Positions 11,229 to 21,500 of a stretch of DNA of 38,052 nt are shown here, one piece after another. Numbering within the stretch: the first letter of the stretch is position 1; each line of letters opens with the position of its first letter. Position numbers and translations under genes: made by a program. The notes under the pieces were generated by a model. That model was not told where the DNA came from and ran no database searches. It was given only the letters and a program-made list of their open reading frames with translations. This DNA is from Chloroflexi bacterium GWC2_73_18 (GTDB lineage Bacteria > Chloroflexota > Limnocylindria > Limnocylindrales > CSP1-4): assembly GCA_001794945.1 (NCBI GenBank), contig MGMJ01000050.1, forward strand, positions 34,547-72,598, in the 5' to 3' direction.

Positions 11229-11588
11229 ATGAAGAACGCAGCGCTCGAGACGCTCGGCCTCCGCGCCCCGGCGGGCGAGGACCTGCGCGACCTCAAGGTC
11301 TTCCACAAGGCGCTCGCCGACGTGACGCGCCTGCGCATCGTGCAGCTCCTCTCGGCCCGGCCGCGCACCGTCAACGAGTTGATCGAGGCGATCGGGCTCT
11401 CGCAGCCGCTCGTCTCCTGGCATCTGCGGCGGCTCCGGGTCGCCGGGATCGTGGCCACCCAGCGGACGGGTCGCGAGGTCCTCTGCTCCCTGCGTCACGA
11501 CGTCATCGAGCGCTTCACCCACCGCGAACGCGCGCTCCTCGGCCTGGCGCCCCTGGCCGAGCCGGCGGGCGGCAGCGGCGCCCGCTGA
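11229..11588 (+). CDS. ArsR/SmtB-family transcriptional regulator
   Basis: KALADVTRLRIVQLL...TVNEL...LSQPLVSWHLRRLRVAGIV winged HTH. Confidence 0.93.
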   Translation: MKNAALETLGLRAPAGEDLRDLKVFHKALADVTRLRIVQLLSARPRTVNELIEAIGLSQPLVSWHLRRLRVAGIVATQRTGREVLCSLRHDVIERFTHRERALLGLAPLAEPAGGSGAR

Positions 11589-11606
11589 CGTGGAGGCGAG
11601 CTGCCG

Positions 11607-12275
11607 ATGAGCCCGGTCACCGGCGATCGCTCGTTCGTCGGCGTGGGCCTGCGCCAGCGGGTCCGCGAGGCGGTGGTCCCGCTCGCCCGCGCCCTCGGAA
11701 GGCTCGGGCTGACGCCCGACGCACTCACCCTGATCGGCTTTGCCGTCTCCGTGGTCGCGGCACTCGCCGCGGCGGCCGGCCTCTGGGTGGCGGCCGGGCT
11801 CCTCGTCGTCTTCGGCGGCCTCTTCGATCTCTTCGACGGCGCCCTCGCCCGAGTCCAGGGGAAGGCCTCGCCCTACGGCGCCTTCCTCGACGCCACCTTC
11901 GACCGCTGGGGTGAGACGGTCGTCTTCATCGGCATCGCGGCCGGGCTGCTGGGCCCGGGCGCCGCGGGAGTCGTCTTCCCCGCCCTGGGCGAGTGGCCGG
12001 CGGCGGCGCTGGTCGCCGTCCTCGCCGGAGCGGCGATGGGGGCCGCCTTCATGGTCAGCTACAGCCGTGCGAAGGCCGAGAGCGTGGGCTTCGAGGCGGC
12101 TGTCGGTGTCGCACCGCGGGCAGAGCGCATCGCCGTCCTCGCCGCCGGTCTCGTCCTCCAACCGGCGACCGGCTGGAGCCTCGGAGCCGCGCTCCTCATC
12201 ATCTTCGCCCTCGCCACCGTCACCGTCATCCAGCGCGTCGCGCACGTCCGCGCCCAGGCGCGTACGGGGCGTTGA
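11607..12275 (+). CDS. pgsA: CDP-alcohol phosphatidyltransferase, phosphatidylinositol-phosphate synthase-like
   Basis: TPDALT and DLFDGALAR...[10 protein letters not shown] signature; [10 protein letters not shown]...RAER resembles PIP synthases; adjacent to ino1. Confidence 0.85.
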   Translation: MSPVTGDRSFVGVGLRQRVREAVVPLARALGRLGLTPDALTLIGFAVSVVAALAAAAGLWVAAGLLVVFGGLFDLFDGALARVQGKASPYGAFLDATFDRWGETVVFIGIAAGLLGPGAAGVVFPALGEWPAAALVAVLAGAAMGAAFMVSYSRAKAESVGFEAAVGVAPRAERIAVLAAGLVLQPATGWSLGAALLIIFALATVTVIQRVAHVRAQARTGR

Positions 12276-12301
12276 GCGGGCCAACTCAAGGAGACCGAGC
12301 A

Positions 12302-13522
12302 GTGGAGCAACAGCAGACCGCCGGCGGTGGCAACGGCCGGGCGCCGCGACGCCGCGACGGCAAGATCCGGGTCGCCATCGTCGGCGTGGGGAACTGCGCC
12401 AGCTCGCTCGTCCAGGGCCGCTACTACTACGAGAACGCCGAGCGGGGTCAACCCATCCCGGGCATCATGCACGTCGAGCTGGGCGGCTACCACATCCGCG
12501 ACATCGAGTTCGTGGCCGCCTTCGACATCGACCGCAACAAGGTCGGTCGCGACCTCGGCGAGGCGATCTACGCGGCGCCGAACAACACCTACGTCTTCAA
12601 GCAGGTCGGCACGCTCGGCGTCCCCGTCGAGCGCGGCATGACCCACGACGGCCTGGGCAAGTACCTGAGCCGCGTGATCGAGAAGGCGCCCGGCCCGACC
12701 GCCGACATCACCGGCATCCTGCGCGAGCGGGAGGTCGACGTCGTCGTCTCCTACCTGCCGGTCGGCTCGGAGGAGGCGACCAAGTGGTACGTGGAGCAGT
12801 GCCTCCGCGCCGGCGTCGCCTTCGTCAACTGCATCCCGGTCTTCATCGGTCGCGAGCCCTACTGGCAGCGCCGCTTCGTCGAGGCCGGCGTCCCGATCAT
12901 CGGCGACGACATCAAGAGCCAGGTCGGCGCCACGATCACCCACCGCGTGCTGACCCGCCTCTTCATGGATCGCGGGGTCAAGCTCGAACGCACCTACCAG
13001 CTCAACTTCGGCGGCAACACCGACTTCCTCAACATGCTCGAACGCGAGCGGCTCGAGTCGAAGAAGATCTCCAAGACGAACGCGGTCACCTCCATGCTGG
13101 ACTACGAGATCGCCGAGGGTGACGTGCACGTCGGCCCCAGCGACTACGTCCCCTGGCTCGACGACCGCAAGTGGTGCTACATCCGGATGGAGGGGACGAC
13201 CTTCGGTGACGTGCCGCTCAACGCCGAGCTCAAGCTCGAGGTGTGGGACAGCCCGAACAGTGCCGGCGTGGTGATCGACGCCATCCGCTGCGCCCGGCTC
13301 GGCCTCGACCGTGGCCTCGCCGGCACGCTCGTCGCGCCGTCGGCCTACTTCATGAAGAGCCCGCCACGCCAGCTGCACGATGACGAGGCCCGCGAGCTGG
13401 TCGAGGCATTCATCGCCGGCCGCGACGCGAGCGTGCTGACCGGCAGCGAGCCGGCGACGGCGCGGTCCCGGCCCACCCGCCGCGCCGCCGCCGGTCGTGC
13501 CCGGTCCGGGACCGACCGCTGA
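12302..13522 (+). CDS. ino1: myo-inositol-1-phosphate synthase
   Basis: [61 protein letters not shown] start at 12302 after AAGGAG. Confidence 0.97.
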   Translation: MEQQQTAGGGNGRAPRRRDGKIRVAIVGVGNCASSLVQGRYYYENAERGQPIPGIMHVELGGYHIRDIEFVAAFDIDRNKVGRDLGEAIYAAPNNTYVFKQVGTLGVPVERGMTHDGLGKYLSRVIEKAPGPTADITGILREREVDVVVSYLPVGSEEATKWYVEQCLRAGVAFVNCIPVFIGREPYWQRRFVEAGVPIIGDDIKSQVGATITHRVLTRLFMDRGVKLERTYQLNFGGNTDFLNMLERERLESKKISKTNAVTSMLDYEIAEGDVHVGPSDYVPWLDDRKWCYIRMEGTTFGDVPLNAELKLEVWDSPNSAGVVIDAIRCARLGLDRGLAGTLVAPSAYFMKSPPRQLHDDEARELVEAFIAGRDASVLTGSEPATARSRPTRRAAAGRARSGTDR

Positions 13523-13530
13523 GGCCGGCC

Positions 13531-14562
13531 GTGCAGCCGCGCATGATGGGCCTCCGACGGCCGGGCGGCGCCGAGGGCGCCCCCCACCGCCGGCCCGCCC
13601 GGCGGCGGAGCCGGCTCACGGTCACCATCCAGGAGCGCCCTGTCCTGCTCGGCTGGCGCGCCCTGGAGTGGTTCTTCGCCCGCATGCCGCCACGCCTTGC
13701 CGTGGCGGCGATGCGGGGGCTCTACACGCTCGCCTACTACGCCTGGCCGCCCAAGGCCGAGGTGATGCGCTCGAACATGGCGCACGTCATGGGCTGGCCC
13801 CGCGACGACGCGCGCACGGCGGCCATGGCCCGGCGTTCCTACCGGACGTACGGGCGGTACCTGGCCGAGCTCCTCCGCCTCCCGTCGCGCCCGCGCGAGG
13901 AGGTGAGCGGCCTGATGGACGAGCACCAGCTCGAGAGCTTCATGTCGCTGCGCGAGGGATCGCACGGGATGATCGTCGCGTCGGCCCATCTCGGCAACGG
14001 CGAGGCGATGGTCGCCGCCTTCGCCCACCTCGGACTCCCGAGCAACGTCCTGGCCGACGACAGCTCGCAGCTCGAGCTCTTCGAGTATCTCAACGCCCAG
14101 CGGTCGCGCTGGGGCGTGCGCATGGTCCCGTGGCGCAACCTGCGCGAGGTCTACCGCATCCTGCGGCGGGGCGAGATCCTGGGGATCACCGTCGACTGGG
14201 GCTACCGGCCCGGCGACGTGCCGGTGCGCCTCTTCGGCACCTGGACCACGCTGCCGGCCGGCCCCGCCACCCTTGCCGCGCGGACCCGGGCGCTGATCCT
14301 GCCGATCTTCTCGTACCGCCAGTCGAACGGCCGCTACTTCGCCTTCCATACCGAGCCGATCCGGGTCGCCGACGACGCGCCGGCGACGATCCAGCAGGCG
14401 ACACAACGGATCGCCGAGGCGCTCGAGGAGGCTGTGCGCCGGGCGCCCGAGCAGTGGTACAGCTTCAAGCGCGTCTGGCCACGCACGGCCGAAGAGCAGC
14501 TCCGCCTCGAGACGCGGGCGGCCGAGCTGCTCGGCGCCGGGGCACGGGCGGGGAGCGCGTGA
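13531..14562 (+). CDS. LpxL/HtrB-superfamily acyltransferase, PatA (PIM acyltransferase)-like, copy 1
   Basis: SAHLGNGE (Hx4E), GDVPVRLFG..PAGPATLA, PEQWY. The start codon is uncertain. Confidence 0.85.
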   Translation: MQPRMMGLRRPGGAEGAPHRRPARRRSRLTVTIQERPVLLGWRALEWFFARMPPRLAVAAMRGLYTLAYYAWPPKAEVMRSNMAHVMGWPRDDARTAAMARRSYRTYGRYLAELLRLPSRPREEVSGLMDEHQLESFMSLREGSHGMIVASAHLGNGEAMVAAFAHLGLPSNVLADDSSQLELFEYLNAQRSRWGVRMVPWRNLREVYRILRRGEILGITVDWGYRPGDVPVRLFGTWTTLPAGPATLAARTRALILPIFSYRQSNGRYFAFHTEPIRVADDAPATIQQATQRIAEALEEAVRRAPEQWYSFKRVWPRTAEEQLRLETRAAELLGAGARAGSA

Positions 14563-15575
14563 GGCCGATGGCCGCCACCGTCGCTCCGGCCGCGCCAGAC
14601 CAGGGGACCGCGTCGGCGACGCTCCTCGACCGAGCCGGCGCGACGCTCGTCTCGCTCATCTCGTGGATCGCCTGTCGCCTCCCCGACCGGCCGCTCCATC
14701 GGATCGCGGGGCTCGTCGGGCTCGGCTGGTACCTCCTCGCGCCGCGCCGGCGGGCGCGGGCGCGGCGCAACCTGCGGCGGGTCGCCGAGGCGCTGGCGGC
14801 CGACGGGCGGGCGGGCCCGCGCATCGCGGCCGCGGCCCGCGACCGGCGCGCGCTCGAACGGCTGGTCCGCGACGCCTTCCGCCACAATGCCCGCTACTAC
14901 CTGGAGGTCGCCCTGGCGCCCTCCTACGACGAGCGCTGGCTCGCCGAGCGGATCGTCAACGAGTCGCCCGAGCTGATCGAGGAGGCGTTCGCGGGAGGGC
15001 GCGGCGCGGGTCGGACGCCCGGGCACGCCGTCATCTTCGCCGGCCTCCACTTCGGGGCGATCGAGTTGCCCGCCTTCTTCCTGACCCAACGCGTCGGCCT
15101 GCGCGTCGTCGCCCCGATGGAGACGATCCGCGACACGCCACTGCAGCGCTACTTCGTGCGCACCCGCGGGGCGGTGGGCCTGCAGCTGGTGACGCTGCGG
15201 ACCGCGCGGCGCGAGGCGTCGCGCGCGCTGGCGCGCGGCGAGGCGGTCGGGCTGGTGACCGACCGCGACATCACCGGCGGCGGCATCGACGTCCCGCTCT
15301 TCGGCCACCCCGCCCCGCTGGCGGTGGGAGCCGGCCTGCTCGCCATCGAGTCGGGTGCGCCGGTCTACGTGGCCGCCGTCAGGCGGCTCGACGACGGCCG
15401 CTACGCCGGCAGCATCGTCCCGCTCCCCGTGCCGGCCGACGGGACGCGACGCGAGCGGCTGGAGCGCTTCCTGCGCGACCAGGCGGCGATCTTCGAGTCG
15501 TTCATCGCCGCGGCTCCGGAACAGTGGTGGTCGGTCTTCTTCCCCATCTGGCCCGACCTCGAGGTGGCGTCGTGA
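14559..15575 (+). CDS. LpxL/HtrB-superfamily acyltransferase, PatA-like, copy 2
   Basis: GLHFGAIE (Hx4E), TDRDITGGGIDVPLFG, PEQWW..PIWPD. Start is the GTG at 14559 (overlapping the upstream stop) or the ATG at 14568. Confidence 0.85.
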   Translation: MRPMAATVAPAAPDQGTASATLLDRAGATLVSLISWIACRLPDRPLHRIAGLVGLGWYLLAPRRRARARRNLRRVAEALAADGRAGPRIAAAARDRRALERLVRDAFRHNARYYLEVALAPSYDERWLAERIVNESPELIEEAFAGGRGAGRTPGHAVIFAGLHFGAIELPAFFLTQRVGLRVVAPMETIRDTPLQRYFVRTRGAVGLQLVTLRTARREASRALARGEAVGLVTDRDITGGGIDVPLFGHPAPLAVGAGLLAIESGAPVYVAAVRRLDDGRYAGSIVPLPVPADGTRRERLERFLRDQAAIFESFIAAAPEQWWSVFFPIWPDLEVAS

Positions 15576-16342
15576 CGAAACGCCTCGGCAAGGCCGACCT
15601 CCACATCCACTCGGTCGCCTCGGACGGGACCGCGACCGTCGGGGAGATCCTCCGTTTCGCCGAGGAGCAGACCGACCTCGACGTGATCGCCGTCACCGAC
15701 CACGACCGCGTCGATGCCGCGCTCCACGCCAGGGAGCTGGCGCGACGACGCGGTGGCCGCGTCGAGGTGATCGTCGGGGAGGAGGTCTCGACGCGCAGCG
15801 GGCATCTGCTCGCGCTCTTCGTCGAGGAGCGGATCCGGCCCTGGCAGCCGCTCCGCCGCTCGGTCGCGGAGATCCACGAGCAGGGCGGCCTGGCGATCCC
15901 GGCGCACCCGCTGGCACCGTATCCGATCTGTATCCGGCGGGGCGCGCTCCTCTCCATCGTGGAGGACGCCGATCCGCTCCTCTACTTCGACGGCCTCGAG
16001 ACATTCAACCCCTCCTACGCGGGTCGCACCCACCACCGCGCCACGGCCGAGCTGAATGAGCGGCTCCACCTCCCGGCGATCGGCAACAGCGACGCCCACG
16101 TCACCTCGCTCATCGGCTGCGCCTACACGACCTTCCCGGGCCGCACGACAGAGGACCTGAGGCGGGCGATCCTGCTCGGCCGGACCCACGCCCACGGGCA
16201 GTTCCTCGACCTGCCGGCGGAAGTGCGCATCTACGGGCGGCAGCTGCGCAAGTACGCCCGCGATGTCCGCGACGACCTGCGGCGGGCGATCCTCGGCCGC
16301 GGCTCCGGCCGCGACCTCGGGATCCGCAAGGAGTCCTCGTGA
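15572..16342 (+). CDS. PHP-family metal-dependent phosphoesterase
   Basis: ADLHIHS..SDG, VTDHD, GEEVST..GHLL, AHP, GNSDAH. The GTG at 15572 is coupled to the upstream stop. Confidence 0.9.
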   Translation: MTKRLGKADLHIHSVASDGTATVGEILRFAEEQTDLDVIAVTDHDRVDAALHARELARRRGGRVEVIVGEEVSTRSGHLLALFVEERIRPWQPLRRSVAEIHEQGGLAIPAHPLAPYPICIRRGALLSIVEDADPLLYFDGLETFNPSYAGRTHHRATAELNERLHLPAIGNSDAHVTSLIGCAYTTFPGRTTEDLRRAILLGRTHAHGQFLDLPAEVRIYGRQLRKYARDVRDDLRRAILGRGSGRDLGIRKESS

Positions 16343-17601
16343 GGATCGGCCTCGTCACTCCCTACATCTACCCGCTCCCCGGCGGCGTCAACGAGCACGT
16401 CCGCTACCTCTACCAGGAGCTGCGGGCGCGCGGCCACGAGGTGCGCATCATCAGCGCCAGTCACGGGCTCCAGCCCGGCCAGGATGGAGACGTCATCCGC
16501 GTCGGCAAGGGGTTCTCGGTCCCTTCCAACGGCTCGATGGGCAACCTGACCGTTTCGCCCCGCTTCAACTCGCAGGTTCGCGCCCTGCTCGATCGCGAGC
16601 GCTTCGACCTGCTCCACTTCCACGAGCCGTTCGTGCCGTTCCTCTCGCTGGTGACCCTCCGCCAGTCGACCAGCGTCAACATCGCCACCTTCCATGCCTA
16701 CGCCGGCTGGAGTCTCGCCTACGAGTTCGGCCGGCGTGCCCTGCGCGGCTACGCCGCGCGCCTCCACGGCCGGATCGCCGTCAGCGCCGCCGCCCGCCAT
16801 TTCGCCGACCGCTACTTCCCCGGCGACTACAAGGTGATCCCCAACGGCGTCGACCTCTCGCGCCTCGAGGGCGCCGAGCCGATCGAGCGCTGGCGCGACG
16901 GCACGAAGAACGTCCTCTTCGTGGGGCGTTTCGAGCCTCGCAAGGGGCTGCTTCACCTGCTCAAGGCATACCGGCTCCTGCGCAAGGCGGGCTGCGACTG
17001 CCGGCTCCTCGTCGTCGGCACCGGCCCGCAGGAGCGCGAGGTGCGACGCTACATCATGACCCGCCGCATGGGCGGGGTCGAGCTGCTCGGGCGCGTCTCG
17101 GACGCCGATAAGGCGCGGCTCTTCGCCACGGCCGACGTCTTCTGCTCACCGGCGACCGGGGGCGAGTCGTTCGGCATCGTCCTGCTCGAGGCGATGGCGG
17201 CCGGTCGTCCGATCGTCGCCTCGGACATCCACGGCTACAAAGGCGTCGTCCACCGTGATGAGCAGGCGCTCCTCGTCCCGCCGCGAGATCACCGCGCCCT
17301 CGCCGGGGCGCTCGGCCGGCTCCTCGCCGACGAGGAGCTGCGGCGGTGGATGGGCGAGGCCGGGCGGCTGCGGGCGGCCCAGTTCAGCTGGGAGCGCGTC
17401 GCCTCCAAGGTGGACGACTACTACGGCTTCGTCATCCGGCGCCTGGCCGCTCAGGGAGCGCTGCCGTCGGGCTTCCGCGCCGAGGTCCCGCCGGCCCCGC
17501 CGCGCGCCGCCGAACGGTCCGGGTCGATCGCCGCGGAGGCACCCGTGGCAGCGCCGGCCGCGGCCGACCCGATCGGCCGCCAGCCGGCCGTCGCTCAGTA
17601 G
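16339..17601 (+). CDS. pimA: GT4 glycosyltransferase, PimA (phosphatidylinositol alpha-mannosyltransferase)-like
   Basis: MRIGLVTPY..PGGV..HV, HFHEP, GRFEPRKG and GGESFGIVLLEAMAAG parallel mycobacterial PimA motifs; same operon as pgsA and the acyltransferases. Confidence 0.8.
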   Translation: MRIGLVTPYIYPLPGGVNEHVRYLYQELRARGHEVRIISASHGLQPGQDGDVIRVGKGFSVPSNGSMGNLTVSPRFNSQVRALLDRERFDLLHFHEPFVPFLSLVTLRQSTSVNIATFHAYAGWSLAYEFGRRALRGYAARLHGRIAVSAAARHFADRYFPGDYKVIPNGVDLSRLEGAEPIERWRDGTKNVLFVGRFEPRKGLLHLLKAYRLLRKAGCDCRLLVVGTGPQEREVRRYIMTRRMGGVELLGRVSDADKARLFATADVFCSPATGGESFGIVLLEAMAAGRPIVASDIHGYKGVVHRDEQALLVPPRDHRALAGALGRLLADEELRRWMGEAGRLRAAQFSWERVASKVDDYYGFVIRRLAAQGALPSGFRAEVPPAPPRAAERSGSIAAEAPVAAPAAADPIGRQPAVAQ

Positions 17602-18332
17602 GTGATGGAGCGCGGCTCGCCCCAGGGCGAGATGTTGCCGGCCCGGTCGCGCTCACGCACGCGAACCTCGTAGCGGACGCCCGGGAAGGCGTTCAAGCGC
17701 AGCGACGTCGCGGTCGAATCGCGCAGGGGACGGTCGCCGCCGGCCCAGCGGAAGGTGACCGAGCCCGCGCCGCGCGTCGCGGTCGGCGCCGACACCCAGC
17801 CCGGGGTCCGATCCGGTCCCTTGATGAAGACCGCGGTGTAGAGGCGTCGCCCGGAGCCGTCGATCGCGGCGCCGACTCCCGCGTAGTTGTAGTCGCGACC
17901 CAGGATGATGGCCCGGTGGCCGGGGCTTTCCATCCACTGCTCGACCGCGGTCTCGGCCGAGGTGGCCCACGTCGGCCAGGTGTTCCAGGCGATGATCTCG
18001 CCGGCCCAGTACCAGGTGATCTCCCAGTCGGAAAGGATGTCGAAGACGGTCCGCCCATCGGGCTGGGTGTGGCAGAAGTAGCCCTTCGTCGCCATGTCGA
18101 GGCTCCGCTCCCGCGCGATCCGACCCAGGCGGGGGTCCTGGCGGACCGGCACCAACCCGGCCGCCTGGCGCTCCGCGTTGAACAGGCGGAAGACGATCTC
18201 CTCCGCGTCCCACGCGGACGTGTCGACGGCGGCCACGGTGCGCGGCGCCAGGGCGGCGACGAGGGGGAGGGCCAGGGCGGCGGCGAGCAGGGCCGCCGCG
18301 AGGCGGGTGACCGGGCGGGGCGGGCGGGACAT
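17595..18332 (-). CDS. secreted CAP/SCP-domain protein with a short FN3-like tail
   Basis: Signal-peptide-like N-terminus, NAERQAAGL, RSLDMATKGYFCH, GEIIAWN, WMESPGHRAIIL, YEVRVRERDRAGN. Confidence 0.88.
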   Translation of the reverse strand: MSRPPRPVTRLAAALLAAALALPLVAALAPRTVAAVDTSAWDAEEIVFRLFNAERQAAGLVPVRQDPRLGRIARERSLDMATKGYFCHTQPDGRTVFDILSDWEITWYWAGEIIAWNTWPTWATSAETAVEQWMESPGHRAIILGRDYNYAGVGAAIDGSGRRLYTAVFIKGPDRTPGWVSAPTATRGAGSVTFRWAGGDRPLRDSTATSLRLNAFPGVRYEVRVRERDRAGNISPWGEPRSITY

Positions 18333-18492
18333 CGCGAGGCTTCTCCGCGTGGTTCGATCGGGCACGTGATCTCAGCCCGAGTCTCGCCGCCGGGGCCCCG
18401 ACCGCCCATGGCCCGCTGGTATCGACGAGGCGCGACCGTTGGTACGGGCCGCCGTCTGCGCGTTTCGGACTAGGGCACAGGGCTGGGGACCG

Positions 18493-18505
18493 GACTAGGA
18501 CTAGG
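18493..18505. repeat. tandem CTAG motif GACTAGGACTAGG (inverted copy at 25497-25509)
   Basis: Read directly. A further CGGACTAGG copy lies at 18466-18474. Confidence 0.6.
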
Positions 18506-21500
18506 CGCGGTCCACCCCCGCCCCGAGCGCGTCCGACGCGCCGTCGCCGGGGGCCCCGGTGCGTCGGGCCCAGACCGCGTAGCCCGTCGCCGCGGCGAAG
18601 AACCCGGTGCCGGCGACGAAGAGGAGCGGCCAGGGGCCCAGGATCGAGGTGGCGTTCGCCGGCGCGGTGTTGACCGCGAACTGGAACGAATAGTCCCAGG
18701 TGGGCAGAAGGCGCTGATACGAGTACGCCTCCGGGTCGGCCGGCAGCGGCAGGCCCGAGATGTTCGGGTAGACGGCCAGGAAGTAGAGCGCGGCCGCCGC
18801 CAGCGCCACCATCACGTAGCGGCGAGGGTCGCGCGCGCCGAGTACCAGCCAGCCGAGCGCCCCCGCGAGGGCCAGGTAACCGACGACCAGCACGACCGCG
18901 GTGGTGATGAGGGCGCGGGTCGAGCCGGGGTCGAGGCTGCCCGAGCCGGTGCAGAGGTAAGCGCCCGGGTTGACCTGCCCGACGCCGGCGGCGGCGCAGA
19001 GCGGGTCCTTGAGCAGCCAGAGCAGCCCGGGCGCCATGATCGTCACCGCGGCCACGGCGCGGGCGAACTGCCAGGTGCGACGCGAGGGGCCGTGCCAGAG
19101 CTCGGCCAGGAAGTAGGCGAGCAGGAGCAGCGCGAAGGGGAGCGCCGTGTACCAATGGTACTGGAAGGTGGCGCGGTCGATGCGCGCCCAGGGGAGCCAC
19201 TGGGAGAGGAACGCCAGGACGACGAAGCCGAGCGCCGCGCTGCGTCGCCCCCAGGCCTGCCAGGCGCCGAAGGCCGCCGCCGGGACGGCCAGCCAGAAGA
19301 GGACCAGGTTGCCCATGTCGAAGATGTAGCCCTGCGTCCCACCGCCGTACGCCTGCGATGAGAACCAGACCGGCTTGAGATCGAACGGCCAGGCCCACCA
19401 GGGCGACGAGGCGGGGTGCGTGGCGCGCAGGTGGTCGTGGTAGTCGTACATGCCACCCTGCAGGTCGACGAAGAGCTGGCCCTCGTGGCCGGGTGGCCAG
19501 CCTGGCACGATCTGCGGGCCGCCGGCGTGCCACGGCATCGCCCACGGGACGTAGCTGAGCACGTAGACCGCCAGCGGCAGCGCGGTGAGGGCGAGGAGCG
19601 CCAGAAGGAAGGGGGCGCCGCCCAGGCGGACCGGGTCCGCCCAGCGCGGCTCGACCCGTCCAGCCACGGGGCGGAGCACGATCCCCGCGGCGAGCAGGGC
19701 GGTCAACCCGACCATCAGGCCGAAGAAGAAGAGGTTCGGCGGCGTCTGGACGACGGCCAGGTAGCCGAGGACGCCGGTCAGCACGACCATCCCCGCGAGC
19801 GCCAGGAGCCGCCCGGCACTCGAGCGGAACAGGACGATCAGCACCGCGCCGCCGATGGCGTAGGCGCCGACCCACTTCGCCGCCAGCGCCAGGCCGAGCA
19901 GGCCGCCGATGGCCGGCAGCCCGAGGAGGACGGCCAGGCGCCCGGTCCGGCCGGCCGGCGGGTCGATGAGCAGCCAGGCCAGCGCCAGGTAGGCGGCCAC
20001 GATGAAGAGGCCGACGTAGGTGTCGTTCATGGCGATCCGCGAGGTGGCGAAGAGCATCCCGTCGAGCAGCGCGACCACCGCCACCAGGAGCCCGACGGCA
20101 CGCCGCCGGAAGAGCCGGCGCGCCAGCAGGTAGAGGGCGGCCGCCAGCAGCACGCCGGCGACGACACCGGGGAAGCGCCAGGCGAAGGCGTTGCCGCCCG
20201 TGTCAACGGCGGCGACCCGGCCGCCGGCCTCGAAGACGAGCGCCTCCTCGCGGTCCAGCGCCGGGGTGTCCCGGGCGGCGTCAAGCACCAGGACGGCCGG
20301 GCGGAAGGGGAGGGCCGCGTCGGCGAAGACGGCGTTGGCGTGGGGCTCGACCACGTAGATCGTGGAGCGGCCGTCCGGCGTCTCGCCGAGCACGTGGACC
20401 AGGTTCGTCGCGGCGTTCCAGCGCACCTCGCCGACCGGTCCTGGCATCGCGAAGCCGGATCCCGGTCGGGGCGGCCCGTCGTCGCCCAGCTGGAACGTCT
20501 CGATGCGGGCGCCTTCCGTGGCGACGTAGAGCGTCGGCCGGTCGAGGCCGCCGACGCGGTCGAGGCCGGTCGCCGCCGCCGTCAGCGGCTCCTGGTCGAT
20601 CGTCTCGAGGGAGACCGCGTCGAGGATGGAGAGTCCGCTCCCGGCGGCCACGGCGAGCGCCTCGCGGTCGGTCACCTCGATGCCCGGCAGGTCGCCCGCG
20701 TCGATGGCGGCCTGCAGCTCGCTGCGCTGCTCGGCAGTCAGGTAGGAGGCGAGGCGGAGCTCATCGCCGCCGGCGCGGAGCCGCGCCGCGAGCGAGGCGC
20801 CGGAAACGCCGAGGACGTCGCCGAGGCGCGCGCCGGCCGCCTCCGGGTCGGTCACCTGCGCCGGATGGGCGACCAGGCTGCTGACCCCGCTCAGCGGGAT
20901 CGCGGCGGCCAGGCCCGGCACCGTCGCCGCGCCGGCCACTTCGCCCGTTTCCGGGTCGAGGCTGCTCAACCGGTCCCCCGCGCCGCGCAACACGACACGC
21001 CGGCCGGCGACCCAGAGCCGCTGGACGGGGCCTTCGACGCGCCCGACCTCGACGGGCTGCGCCGCCTGCGGCTCGCCGCCGACGCTCCGCAGGAGGTCGA
21101 GCCGGCCGGTCTCGAGCTGCCAGACGAGGCCCGTGTCGGTGCCGACGTAGAGCCGGTGCGCCGAGCTGTCGACGGCGACCGCGGAGGCTCCGTTGACGGA
21201 GAGGCGCGACTCGTCCTCACGGGAGAGCAGGTCGAGGACGCGGACGGCCGAGCCGGTGGCCACGAAGAGCCGGTCGCCGGCGCGCCGCTGCGGCTCGAGC
21301 GGGTCGGCGTAGCGCGGCTCGACGGCGACGTCGCGGACAGGCGTCCCGAGCGAGCTCTCGCCGGTGACGCGATCGTCGCCGAAGAGCACGATCCCCGCCG
21401 CGATCAGGTACTTCGCCAGGTGGGGGTGCGTGTACTCGTAGATGTCGTGCGGCATCCCGTAGCGCCAGTCCTGCAGGAACTCGGTCGCCGTTCGCGCGTG

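Noticed and set aside
11607-13522. Di-myo-inositol-phosphate (compatible solute) pathway
   Set aside because: No inositol-1-P cytidylyltransferase domain is present; the acyltransferase and PimA-like neighbours favour lipid synthesis.
13531-15575. Lipid A late acyltransferases (lpxL/lpxM)
   Set aside because: Same superfamily, but no lpx/kdo genes are in the window and the context is inositol lipid.
18340-18420. GGTTCGATC resembling a tRNA T-loop
   Set aside because: I could not build a cloverleaf or acceptor stem around it.
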